64,000 bases of DNA. It comes from Candidatus Moraniibacteriota bacterium (lineage in GTDB: Bacteria; Patescibacteriota; Minisyncoccia; Moranbacterales; UBA1568). Where the stretch lies: the NCBI GenBank assembly GCA_016699385.1, contig CP064974.1, forward strand, positions 692,654 to 756,653. The letters run 5' to 3'. How positions within the stretch are numbered: the stretch's first letter is position 1; the number at the start of each line of letters is the position of its first letter. Both the position numbers and the translations under genes were made by a program. Of this stretch, positions 19,686-28,225 are shown one piece after another. Below the pieces are notes generated by a model that ran no database searches, had not been told where the DNA came from, and saw nothing but the letters and a program-made list of their open reading frames with translations.

Positions 19686-20438
19686 TTGAAAGCAAGTGTG
19701 CTCGATATCGAGCAGAGATTCCCTCTTTATTTCTCCATGTTTATGACATCACTCTTTAGCGATCTCACAGAAGAAGACAAATCCAAAGCAGTCAAAGATC
19801 TCATTCACGAGTCAATGCCGCGACCATCGTTTTTCCTCCTCATTGGACTCTCCGTACTCATGGCGACCTTCGGTCTCGCGCTCAACAACTCCGCCGTCGT
19901 CATCGGCAGTATGCTTATCGCACCCATTCTTTCTCCGATTCTCTCCCTCTCTCTCGGTATCGTCATGTCCGACAGCTCACTCCTCATGCGATCCGTCCGC
20001 ACACTCTTCCTCTCATCCGCGCTCGGCGTGGGACTCGCCGCTGTCTCAACACTCTTTCTCTCGAATCCCTTCGGCGCAGAAGTCATGAGTCGCACCCTCC
20101 CCTCGCTCATCTATTTCTCCATCGCATTCGTCGCCGGATTCGCCGTCGCCTTCGCTCGCGTCAATCCCACCATGAGCGACACCATCCCCGGTATCGCTGT
20201 CTCCGTCTCCCTCATTCCGCCACTTGCCGTCATCGGCATGGGAATCGCCCGACTCAACTGGGCTATCACAAGCGGCGCCTTTCTCCTCTTCCTCACCAAT
20301 ATCGTCGGCATTGTCTTCGCCACCATGATTGTCTTCTCTCTCATGAACTTCTACATCAAGCGCTCCGTCGCGACCGCCACCCTCCAAGAAGAAATACGTA
20401 CTCAACAACTCGAAACCAAAGAAAAAGACGAGGAATAG
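19686..20438 (+). CDS. DUF389-family integral membrane protein
   Basis: Multi-TM protein with a MLIAPILSPIL-type DUF389 signature. The start may be the internal ATG near 19737. Confidence 0.5.
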   Translation: MKASVLDIEQRFPLYFSMFMTSLFSDLTEEDKSKAVKDLIHESMPRPSFFLLIGLSVLMATFGLALNNSAVVIGSMLIAPILSPILSLSLGIVMSDSSLLMRSVRTLFLSSALGVGLAAVSTLFLSNPFGAEVMSRTLPSLIYFSIAFVAGFAVAFARVNPTMSDTIPGIAVSVSLIPPLAVIGMGIARLNWAITSGAFLLFLTNIVGIVFATMIVFSLMNFYIKRSVATATLQEEIRTQQLETKEKDEE

Positions 20439-20444
20439 CAGTCT

Positions 20445-20545
20445 CCCTATTTCCAAAGAAAAAACAGGGGGTAAAACAAACTATTTTTCCGAGAAATAGG
20501 AGGGGGCTTGGAAAGGACTGTGGATAGTCCTTTAAGCCGCCCTCT
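20445..20545. terminator. Nested GC-rich hairpins between convergent genes, ending in a T-run (candidate bidirectional terminator)
   Basis: CTCCCTATTTC...GAAATAGGAG 11-bp stem, AAGGACT...AGTCCTT stem, then GCCGCCCTCTTTTTG. Confidence 0.35.
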
Positions 20546-20565
20546 TTTTGTTTCCAAATTCCCGA

Positions 20566-20952
20566 CTATCTGAAAACAGATTTTGTCCTACCATTTTTGA
20601 GCACGTCGCCTTCAAACATACACAGACATTCGCAAGGTTTCTGCTTAAGAATAACTCTTTGTTCATCTAAGGTATCAATAAACACGCTCTGGCTACTAGA
20701 ACCAATAGCAAATTGCTTATTAAGCGGGGTGTGATGCTTGTATCCGCGACGATCAAATTCTTTTACAAGCGCTTCGTGTCTCAAGTAGAGTGCCTTTTCT
20801 TTGCCAACCCAGCGCAAAGTCTCCGGATGTCTAGAATATCCACCCTTGCCTTTATGCTTGGTCAGAATATTCCAAAGTCCATGGAGTTCTCTATGCTCCG
20901 CGAGCAAGTGCTTCCGACACAAATGTTTCGGATGTATATCCCATACACGCAT
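20566..20952 (-). CDS. Pyrimidine-dimer DNA glycosylase (T4 endonuclease V / DenV family)
   Basis: MRVWDIHPKHLCRKHLLAEHRELHGLWNIL matches the DenV N-terminal L.DQHLMAEYREL catalytic region. 128 aa. Confidence 0.65.
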   Translation of the reverse strand: MRVWDIHPKHLCRKHLLAEHRELHGLWNILTKHKGKGGYSRHPETLRWVGKEKALYLRHEALVKEFDRRGYKHHTPLNKQFAIGSSSQSVFIDTLDEQRVILKQKPCECLCMFEGDVLKNGRTKSVFR

Positions 20953-20956
20953 ACCA

Positions 20957-21724
20957 TTATTTCTTTGGAAACATTGGAATAAATACGCTCACCCTTCTCT
21001 TATATTCGGCAAATTCCTGGTTCTCAGCCATTTTTTTCTCAAGCATTGGAATGCCAGATACCTTCAAAATTAAAAAGGTAATCGTGATCGGTCCAACAAT
21101 ACCAAGCAAACCATTTGGAACAGAGAGGGCGATGAACCACAAACCCCACCACTGCGCTACTTCACCAAAATAATTCGGGTGGCGAGTGTATGCCCAAAGT
21201 CCTTTTTGCATCAACTTTCCCTTATTTTCTGGATTTTTAATAAATTGTGCCAACTGTGCATCACCCACGGATTCAAAATAAAATCCAAAAAGCCACACGG
21301 CAACACCAAGTATATCGAGTATACCTAGTGCTGTTCCCGCACTCTTGTTTATAAGCAATACCGGCAGAACAATGAGAAATAAAAGTAGACCTTGCAAAAG
21401 ATACACTTGCGCATACGAACGCAGGTAAAACCATGTGCCCCATTCTTTACGCCACGCAAGATACCGATAATCCTCCGCCTTACCCTTGTTTCGATTGTAA
21501 ATATGCCACGCGAGGCGCAATCCCCAAATACTTACCAATACGCCCACCAAGACTCCCTGTATTCCGAAATCACCCGAAAGGAAAAAGGATGTCCATGTCA
21601 TAAGCACAAACCCCAAGCCCCACGCTACATCAGCCACATCATTTCTCTTTTTGACGAGAGACACCACAAACCATAGGCTCATGTATACAAACAATACCAA
21701 AATGATGTTTAGGTAATAATTCAT
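20957..21724 (-). CDS. ICMT / steroid-5alpha-reductase-like membrane enzyme (DUF1295 family)
   Basis: Multi-TM protein with the C-terminal RHPNYFGE...EKKMAENQEFAEYKRRVSVFIP motif typical of the ICMT/PEMT/DUF1295 superfamily. Confidence 0.55.
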   Translation of the reverse strand: MNYYLNIILVLFVYMSLWFVVSLVKKRNDVADVAWGLGFVLMTWTSFFLSGDFGIQGVLVGVLVSIWGLRLAWHIYNRNKGKAEDYRYLAWRKEWGTWFYLRSYAQVYLLQGLLLFLIVLPVLLINKSAGTALGILDILGVAVWLFGFYFESVGDAQLAQFIKNPENKGKLMQKGLWAYTRHPNYFGEVAQWWGLWFIALSVPNGLLGIVGPITITFLILKVSGIPMLEKKMAENQEFAEYKRRVSVFIPMFPKK

Positions 21725-22119
21725 AAACCAGTTTTAATCGCGATGAAATAGGTTATGGTTGATACAGAAGCTGCAAGCACTGCCCCCCACACCAAATCCA
21801 CCATTGTCACCAGAAGTGGCCAATCTTTCGCAACTGCCAAATTCGTTAGGTCATAGGTAGCATAGCAAACTAAGCCAAACAAAGCGCCGAAAAGAAGCGC
21901 GTGAGTCCATGATCCTTTCTCAATCGCTGGTGTAATAATAAAAACTACAAGACCAACGATAAATAAGAGATAAAAAAGAATTGCCGCTGTCCAATTCACA
22001 TCTGGTTTCAAGAGCGAACCAATTTGTTTGGCATAAAATCCTTTGGCAACCACTCCAAGCCAAAGCATATCAATAGCAAGGAATACCGGTAATGCAATTG
22101 CGTATAGTTTTATAAACAT
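21721..22119 (-). CDS. DUF2177-like small membrane protein
   Basis: 132 aa with four TM helices. It overlaps the downstream gene start by 4 nt, indicating operonic coupling. Confidence 0.4.
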   Translation of the reverse strand: MFIKLYAIALPVFLAIDMLWLGVVAKGFYAKQIGSLLKPDVNWTAAILFYLLFIVGLVVFIITPAIEKGSWTHALLFGALFGLVCYATYDLTNLAVAKDWPLLVTMVDLVWGAVLAASVSTITYFIAIKTGL

Positions 22120-22132
22120 AAAATGTAAGAAA

Positions 22133-22771
22133 TTAGTTACTCATTTCCACCAACACTTCGTTGCGATTCATCCACGGTGGTGTCCATGGCGCATTGTATC
22201 CGGCGTATGAAGCGCCCTGTTGTACCACGACTCCGTCACGAGCAAGGAGTGAGAGTAATTTTTCTTGCATACTTTTTATTCTCGCATCCGACCGATACCA
22301 AGAAAACTTCATCACCGCGTATTTCTTTTCTGGAATCATTACGATCTTAACTCTCGAATCATTTGGTGTCGGCAGTGTTTCTAGGGTATACGAGCGTGGC
22401 ATACCAAAAGATATCGTCTGCGAGTCTCCCTCCCCCGTCACCATAACGGGCGCGGTCATAGCGATGTTTTCCGAAACATTCTTCACTCCTTCTTTTTGTG
22501 CTACCACCGGCGCGGTCATGGCAATGCTTTCTTTCTTGGCATTCCCGCCAAAAATATATCCCGCCACAATTCTAAAACCATTAGCCATCGATTCTCCATA
22601 GGAACCACGCACTGTCGTCTGAGCGACAATATGCGCCGGATATTGTCGCACTTCATAACCACTCATCTTCTTCACCACCGTATAGTCGGCCTGTTCGACA
22701 CGAGAACCAAAAAATCCCCAAATAGACCAGAGCACGACAATGACGACCAGAGCGATGAGGACACTATTCAT
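22133..22771 (-). CDS. SOUL/HBP-family heme-binding protein
   Basis: N-terminal TM anchor followed by a SOUL fold pattern (YPAHIVAQTTVRG...GFRIVAGYIFGGN...IAMTAPV). Confidence 0.6.
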   Translation of the reverse strand: MNSVLIALVVIVVLWSIWGFFGSRVEQADYTVVKKMSGYEVRQYPAHIVAQTTVRGSYGESMANGFRIVAGYIFGGNAKKESIAMTAPVVAQKEGVKNVSENIAMTAPVMVTGEGDSQTISFGMPRSYTLETLPTPNDSRVKIVMIPEKKYAVMKFSWYRSDARIKSMQEKLLSLLARDGVVVQQGASYAGYNAPWTPPWMNRNEVLVEMSN

Positions 22772-22775
22772 AATT

Positions 22776-23180
22776 CTATTTATTGAGATACGTTATAGTT
22801 AATTGTAAACAAGTGGCAAAGGTGCCCCAGAGAAGATACGGGATGTTGACATAGACTACCCAACGGAGTTCAGGTACATTGTGCCAAACTGTATAGAATG
22901 CCCAGATAAGGGTACCAACAACGAACAAGATATCCACTGCCGCTAGTAGGTTATTTTTGAGTCCGAATTGAATTGGCGTGAAAGCAAAATTAAAAAGTAA
23001 ATTGAGTGCAAAAGGCAAAGCCACAACCCAAGGAATCTGCTTGGTGAACACCCTATAAAAAACAGTGCCAAAGGAGACGGCAATAATCGCATACAAAACT
23101 GTCCACACTGGTCCAAAGAGCCAGCTCGGCGGAGCCCATGTTGGTTTTATTAATTGTGAATACCAGTTGTATGTATTCAT
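22776..23180 (-). CDS. tspO: TspO/MBR tryptophan-rich sensory protein
   Basis: WYSQLIKPTWAPPSWLFGPVWTVLY is the canonical TspO N-terminal signature. Five TM helices, 134 aa. Confidence 0.85.
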   Translation of the reverse strand: MNTYNWYSQLIKPTWAPPSWLFGPVWTVLYAIIAVSFGTVFYRVFTKQIPWVVALPFALNLLFNFAFTPIQFGLKNNLLAAVDILFVVGTLIWAFYTVWHNVPELRWVVYVNIPYLLWGTFATCLQLTITYLNK

Positions 23181-23452
23181 AGAGTTATTATTTTAATAGT
23201 CTACTTATGCAACCAGGTAGGTGTCTTTCTCTCATGCGACAGAAAAGATACACCCACTAAAGACTAAGAAGCCGGAAAAGAAGATGAAGATGGGGCTCCA
23301 TGTGATCGCGATACCCCAAAGAAGCAATGCCATTCCGATGATGAGTAAAATTATGCGCCCGTCCGTCACTCTCCTCATCGCGCACACAATCCATTACCAG
23401 TGTACTCGAAATTGCCAAAGAAAGCATCCACTCCACTATTCATCGTTCGTTT

Positions 23453-23968
23453 TCACTGAGAGGAATTCATAGATCGCTTCACTGCAGCTTCAAGTTCTTC
23501 GGGAACATCCGTTCCTATGCGATAGACTTTTCCATTTTTCAGAGTTATCTCAACCGCATCAAAACCCGAAACATTGTATATCCACATTTTGGGCCACAGC
23601 CACAATCGTATTCCCCATCCATAATACCAACGATTCTTTACCGATCTGACTGAAGCTATCTGATCCAGCGCAAACTTCTTGGAAAAAATTCCGCAACCAA
23701 ATTTGATCCGAAGAAAATTTTCATCAATCAAGACTGTTAGCGTGACAAACGATGCAAGCACAAACAGAATAAACACCATTACAGCAGAAATGGCGAAATT
23801 TGGACCAGAGTCAACTGAAGGAGGCTCAGCCAAAGCCGAAATATAAACCCTCACAAAGAGCCCCAGCACGGCCAACAGAACAACCAACATCAGATATCCA
23901 ATTTGCGTGTGTTTGTATGGAGTCATAGATTTTGATTCCAACCGGTGATGGAGATTTCTCAATACCAC
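23453..23968 (-). CDS. Hypothetical membrane protein
   Basis: Two TM helices plus a C-terminal soluble domain. No motif recognised. Confidence 0.3.
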   Translation of the reverse strand: MVLRNLHHRLESKSMTPYKHTQIGYLMLVVLLAVLGLFVRVYISALAEPPSVDSGPNFAISAVMVFILFVLASFVTLTVLIDENFLRIKFGCGIFSKKFALDQIASVRSVKNRWYYGWGIRLWLWPKMWIYNVSGFDAVEITLKNGKVYRIGTDVPEELEAAVKRSMNSSQ

Positions 23969-24232
23969 AGGCTTGATACAGAAAGAGTAAGATGAAATAA
24001 GAGCGAACTTGCTTAATGTTCAATTGAAAGATTTAACAACATTTTTTCATTACATTCTCGCTTTCACATATCCACAGCGAGCTTGTCTCACACCATAGCC
24101 ACACACTTCAGGGTAGTGCGCATAACAGTGTTTCTCTCTGGATAAATTAAATCTTTAAAGGTTTTTGCATTTGAGTAACGAAAAATAATATTTCGAGCGA
24201 CTTCTGGCGACCCGTTTCCACGCCAACAAGAT

Positions 24233-24436
24233 CTATGATCCCGTCCATTCTTCCTCGCATTCAGCACAACGGTTATTTCCAGTATGCTCAAACATGTCGG
24301 TAAAGCCGTTTGGCTGATACATCCTCTCCTTATCACTCCAAAAAAACTCGTCATCAATAAGTGTTTCAACGAACTTGCGCTCTGCCCCACAATGTTGGCA
24401 CGCATGTTTTGGGTATTTTTTTGTTTCACTCTTCAT
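24233..24436 (-). CDS. Small zinc-ribbon protein (CxxC...CxxC)
   Basis: 67 aa with CQHCG and CAEC pairs. It starts 27 nt after the stop of the DpnI-like gene on the same strand. Confidence 0.3.
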   Translation of the reverse strand: MKSETKKYPKHACQHCGAERKFVETLIDDEFFWSDKERMYQPNGFTDMFEHTGNNRCAECEEEWTGS

Positions 24437-24462
24437 GCCCAGATCTTTGATCGAATCTATTC

Positions 24463-25230
24463 TTATGTCAAGCGATATTTTCCATCCCCCACAAACTCGA
24501 GATACCCCTTATCCCGTAAAAATTGTAACTGCTGTCTTACTTTTGGCTTAATATTCTTGTTTTCAGGGTGAATTACAGATAAATCACTCTCAAAAGCATA
24601 CACTTCTTGCAATGTAAATTCTTTTTTATTAATTGAATCAACGCAATTCATAATATCCAAAATCCAACCCTTAGCATCAGTTTTTTTAACTTTTTTCAGA
24701 AATACGGTCTTTTGCCATTTTTCCAAAACATCTTTTTTGGCAAGCTCTTTCCCGTTTTCGATATAGAAAATTTGTCCTGCTTTTGGTATTTTAGAGAATA
24801 AAATATTTGAACCAATCCAACCAGCTCGCCTTGCGTTTTCTGCTAGAGGTTTTCGTTTTTCGATAATTTCAGAAACAAAAAAATGCTTTGGAATAACAAA
24901 AAAATCATTAACGCTTAACATCTCCAAAAGATAGTTCATGAAAAAGAAATTTGGTTTTCCATTGGAGTTAATCCTCTCTACCATTTTTGAGTAAGCGCCT
25001 GCAGATACCTTTTTTCCAAACTTTCTCTGTTTTGATTTAAGTTCAAAGTCTTCCATGCATTTCACACAATAAAAATCAGCAACAGGCCTGTTATTTTGAT
25101 ATTCAAAAATTGATTCGCCGCAACTTGGACAATAAATTTCTCGCAAAACCCAGCCCTCACTCAAAACTCGGATTTTTTGAGAGGAGCTGGTATAGTTCGC
25201 TATTAAATTTTCATCAAAAGTCAGCTTCAT
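24463..25230 (-). CDS. dpnC: DpnI-like type IIM methyl-directed restriction endonuclease (cuts Gm6ATC)
   Basis: 255 aa, co-linear with S. pneumoniae DpnI: SSQKIRVLSEGWVLREIYCPSCG...NNRPVADFYCVKCMEDFELKSKQ...RKPLAENARRAGWIGSNI...QQLQFLRDKGYLEFVGDGKYRLT. This gives an N-terminal PD-(D/E)XK catalytic domain and a C-terminal winged helix. Confidence 0.85.
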   Translation of the reverse strand: MKLTFDENLIANYTSSSQKIRVLSEGWVLREIYCPSCGESIFEYQNNRPVADFYCVKCMEDFELKSKQRKFGKKVSAGAYSKMVERINSNGKPNFFFMNYLLEMLSVNDFFVIPKHFFVSEIIEKRKPLAENARRAGWIGSNILFSKIPKAGQIFYIENGKELAKKDVLEKWQKTVFLKKVKKTDAKGWILDIMNCVDSINKKEFTLQEVYAFESDLSVIHPENKNIKPKVRQQLQFLRDKGYLEFVGDGKYRLT

Positions 25231-25247
25231 GTGTTTCCAAATTTTAG

Positions 25248-25460
25248 CTACTGTCCGATATTTTCGGACACTTCAGAGTAGCCCTCTTTTATAAGTTTTT
25301 TCTTGAGGTCGCTCCAATATTTTCGGGGGCGCGCGGTATCTGTTAAAACCTCGATAACATCAATTATAGAAAACCACCATTCATTTTTATAAAGAATCTT
25401 TCGAACTTCCTTTTTCTGAAATATCACTATCTTGGTACTTGTTTGATTTTGCGTGGTCAT
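25248..25460 (-). CDS. Bro-N / DinD-like N-terminal domain small protein
   Basis: KIVIFQKKEVRKILYKNEWWFSIIDVIEVL fits the Bro-N pattern (F.F..vR....e.wF...Dv...L). It is translationally coupled to the HTH gene by a 4-nt overlap. Confidence 0.35.
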   Translation of the reverse strand: MTTQNQTSTKIVIFQKKEVRKILYKNEWWFSIIDVIEVLTDTARPRKYWSDLKKKLIKEGYSEVSENIGQ

Positions 25461-25462
25461 AA

Positions 25463-25669
25463 TTATTTCAAAAGTTCGTTAATCGGAACACCTAGAGCCT
25501 TGGCCAGATTCGCAATAGTCGAAAGCGTCGGATTTGTCTTCCCATTCTCAATGTTGCTAATAAAAGATTTATCAACAGCGAGTTGTCTGGCAATCTCGGT
25601 CTGAGTAGTATTTTTCCTTGTTCTGATTTCCTTGAGATTTTCTCCAAGCTTTTTCGAGTAGTCTTCCAT
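25463..25669 (-). CDS. XRE-family HTH transcriptional regulator (controller-protein-like)
   Basis: 68 aa containing QTEIARQLAVDKSFISNIENGKTNPTLSTIANLAKALGV, the classic Cro/C1 HTH. Confidence 0.8.
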   Translation of the reverse strand: MEDYSKKLGENLKEIRTRKNTTQTEIARQLAVDKSFISNIENGKTNPTLSTIANLAKALGVPINELLK

Positions 25670-25687
25670 AAAAAGAATATATCACAC

Positions 25688-25709
25688 TTGTTGTATTTTA
25701 CTACAACAA
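25688..25709. promoter_or_regulatory. Inverted repeat TTGTTGTA-N6-TACAACAA upstream of the HTH gene (candidate operator)
   Basis: A perfect 8-bp arm inverted repeat lies 19-40 bp upstream of the HTH start codon. This geometry is typical of C-protein or XRE autoregulatory operators. Confidence 0.35.
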
Positions 25710-26076
25710 TATAACTTTTTGCAAATACAATTTGGGAGCAAGAAAAGGCCGGAAAACGGGCTCACTATTATGCAATAAAGTTCGAGATTCAGAGGTTTTC
25801 AAAAATGCAAAAGTTCTTTCTGGGGACGAAAGAAGAGGTCAGTATCCCAGGTATCGATATTCAAGGGTATGCCAAGTACCTTCTCCGAAGAGGAACAAAC
25901 GAGGAGAAGCGAGAAATACTCGGTTGTTTAAAAAGTCGGATCTATCCCACTCAGAAGAAGATTACTCTAGAAAGGTAACCAAAGATCAAGGCAAGTAAAA
26001 AGCACGGAAATCCCGTGCTTTTTACTTTGTAACCGACCAATATTGCAGGTAAGCATCTCATGCTACCTGCTGACTG

Positions 26077-26163
26077 CGGAGAGGCAGGGATTCGAACCCT
26101 GGAAGGGGTTTCCCCCTTAACACATTAGCAGTGTGCTGCTTTCAGCCGCTCAGCCACCTCTCC
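26077..26163 (-). tRNA. tRNA-Ser (anticodon GCT), type II with long variable arm
   Basis: GGAGAGG acceptor, 3-bp D stem, anticodon stem GCACA/TGTGT with loop CTGCTAA, variable arm GGGGG/CCCCT, T arm CAGGG TTCGAAT CCCTG, discriminator G. Confidence 0.8.
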
Positions 26164-26528
26164 AAATTCTCTGGTAACGATTTTTCAAACAACTTGCCTC
26201 TCGGAAATCCACCAACCCCTCTGAAGATGCACACAAACCAGGTGCAAGGAGGCACAAGGCGTGCATAGGAGCAGTGTATCACTGCCAAACGCCCTCTGGC
26301 AAGGCGAGAATGCACATGTCAGCCCGCAAGCCCCACCTCTTGCACAAAGATGAGAAGCATGCTACACTTGCGCCAGTAGTAAGTTTTCTCTCAATGGGTT
26401 TCTAGCGAAATCCCGCTTCGGTGGGATGTTCTAAGGGCGAGATATTCGAGCTTTTAGGGAAAGCGGGAGCAGAGAAAGGAGAAGGTCGACTTACTCGCGT
26501 TACTCTTACCTATAGGATTAGAATCTCT

Positions 26529-26840
26529 ATGGCACAGAAGCTCTACGTCGGAAACCTCTCATATGGCACCACGGATGACAGCCTCCGAGAAGCATTCTCG
26601 GAAGCAGGATCCGTCACGTCAGCGAGCGTCATTACCGATCGCGCTACTGGTCGTTCAAAAGGCTTCGGCTTTGTTGAAATGGCTAGTGATGCAGATGCCG
26701 AAAAGGCGATCTCCATGTGGAACGGAAAGGATCTCGATGGTCGTACCCTCGTTGTAAACGAGGCTCGCCCATTCGAACCCCGCCCGCGCCAAGGTGGAAA
26801 TGATGGCGGTTACGGCGGTGGCAACAAGCGGGACTGGTAA
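26529..26840 (+). CDS. RRM-type RNA-binding protein (glycine-rich C-terminus)
   Basis: MAQKLYVGNLSY (RNP-2) and KGFGFVEM (RNP-1) motifs. Start set at MAQ rather than the upstream in-frame ATG. Confidence 0.8.
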   Translation: MAQKLYVGNLSYGTTDDSLREAFSEAGSVTSASVITDRATGRSKGFGFVEMASDADAEKAISMWNGKDLDGRTLVVNEARPFEPRPRQGGNDGGYGGGNKRDW

Positions 26841-26866
26841 TTCTCTCCTGACAGTTGTTCTCCAAA

Positions 26867-26900
26867 AGACTCCCCGAGCAATCGGGGAGTCTTTATTTTT
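26867..26900 (+). terminator. Rho-independent terminator after the RRM gene
   Basis: AGACTCCCCGAGCAATCGGGGAGTCT hairpin followed by TTATTTTT. Confidence 0.55.
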
Positions 26901-26942
26901 CCTCTTTCTCTAGAATTTCATTTTCATTGCACTCCGCCAGCT

Positions 26943-28121
26943 TCAGTGCACTGTCACGGGCGTGCCGATATCCGTCCAGGTATAGACGCGTTCGGCAGGA
27001 CCGACGCCGAGACGGACACAACCATGTGAGACGGGTGTCCCGAGATGATTCGCGCCCTCTTTGTACCCGCCCGGCCACTCAGGGAGCTCATGAATACCAT
27101 ATTTCCCACTCGCAACAAGCGCCATCCAATACGGCATATAGAGACCATACGACTTGGACCAGGCGCGCGGCGCCTTGTTGTGGATAGTATAGTCCCCTTT
27201 CGGCGTATCCATACCCCGCTTGCCGGACGATACCATATAGGCGTCCAGCACTTTCCCATCTTCGAATATCGTCATAACTTGAGTCTCCGTATTGATATCG
27301 ATATACTTTCCCGTTATCACTGTGGGCACAGTGTAGCGTTTTGCATTGAGGAGTCGCGTCGGGAAATCCGCCGCCATGACAGAGGGCGCAGGTGGAAGCG
27401 TCGCAAAGCTTCCCGTATACGCCGTTTCAAATGAGGCATCCGACGACTCTCGATTCCGCACGCGAACCACGAGCGAATACGTCACACCCGACTGAACATT
27501 GTTCGGAAGAATGCGAAACTCCTGCTTATCTGAATCAATACCATACACCACTGCCTTTTCTCCATTGAATGAAAAATCAAGAAACGAGTCCTTTGCTGAT
27601 CGGTCAAGACGAACGACAACCGGATCTTCCGCCCCGAGGAGCACATCTTGCGCGCCATCCTCCGGAGAAACCGACATGACGACCGGAGGCGACCAGGTTT
27701 CGAAAGAAAGCGTTGTCGCTGGAATCGTTCCAAGCCATACAGTTTTCCCCGCTGGGAGTGAAAGCGCATACCGAGTTCCCGATACCCAAAATGTTGCCGG
27801 CTTAATGAGAAGTTTTCGATTTTCATCCTTCCATTCAAAAACAACCGGAATATCCGGCGTCAGGTGAACGCCCTCTGTAAATCCATCCGTATCAACCGAA
27901 GAAGGAAAGGTAACGCCAAGAGTGCTCTCAGGCTTCACGTCTGCAATTATGGTATCAAATGACGGTCGCGCTTCAAGAATGCGAGCATAGGCACGAAATC
28001 CATAGACACCTGCTGACATCAAGAAAAGCCCGATAATAAAAAGAGGCAATATGCCCCATCGCACACCTCGCTTCCCGCTCTTTTTTGATTGTTGTTTTCT
28101 CGACAAAAAATTGAAGGTCAT
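26943..28121 (-). CDS. L,D-transpeptidase (YkuD domain) with N-terminal membrane anchor
   Basis: C-terminal catalytic region YGIHELPEW...GTPVSHGCVRL with the conserved H and C. Start set at MTFNFL ('cat' at 28119-28121). Confidence 0.8.
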   Translation of the reverse strand: MTFNFLSRKQQSKKSGKRGVRWGILPLFIIGLFLMSAGVYGFRAYARILEARPSFDTIIADVKPESTLGVTFPSSVDTDGFTEGVHLTPDIPVVFEWKDENRKLLIKPATFWVSGTRYALSLPAGKTVWLGTIPATTLSFETWSPPVVMSVSPEDGAQDVLLGAEDPVVVRLDRSAKDSFLDFSFNGEKAVVYGIDSDKQEFRILPNNVQSGVTYSLVVRVRNRESSDASFETAYTGSFATLPPAPSVMAADFPTRLLNAKRYTVPTVITGKYIDINTETQVMTIFEDGKVLDAYMVSSGKRGMDTPKGDYTIHNKAPRAWSKSYGLYMPYWMALVASGKYGIHELPEWPGGYKEGANHLGTPVSHGCVRLGVGPAERVYTWTDIGTPVTVH

Positions 28122-28225
28122 ACAAATACGGAAATACGCGTTGTAATCAAAATGCCTTTCGACTTCTCCTACCAACAGAAGTCATTCTGAGTATATCAGA
28201 ATGACTTCCGAAAGGACTCTCCCCT

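Noticed and set aside
16735-19689. Multiple long ORFs (16735-17583 +, 17076-17549 -, 18247-18723 +, 18291-18767 -, 18985-19689 +) within uvrA
   Set aside because: They overlap the uvrA coding frame, which has unambiguous Walker and zinc-finger motifs. All alternatives are Arg-rich shadows.
20560-26076. Prophage or integrative element with integrase
   Set aside because: No integrase or recombinase, capsid or terminase genes and no tRNA-derived direct repeat were found, so only the term 'accessory island' is used.
26077-26163. Alternative fold of tRNA-Ser(GCT) giving a CUA (amber-suppressor) anticodon
   Set aside because: That register puts G at position 33 and breaks the anticodon stem. The GCU register gives U33, A37 and a 5-bp stem.
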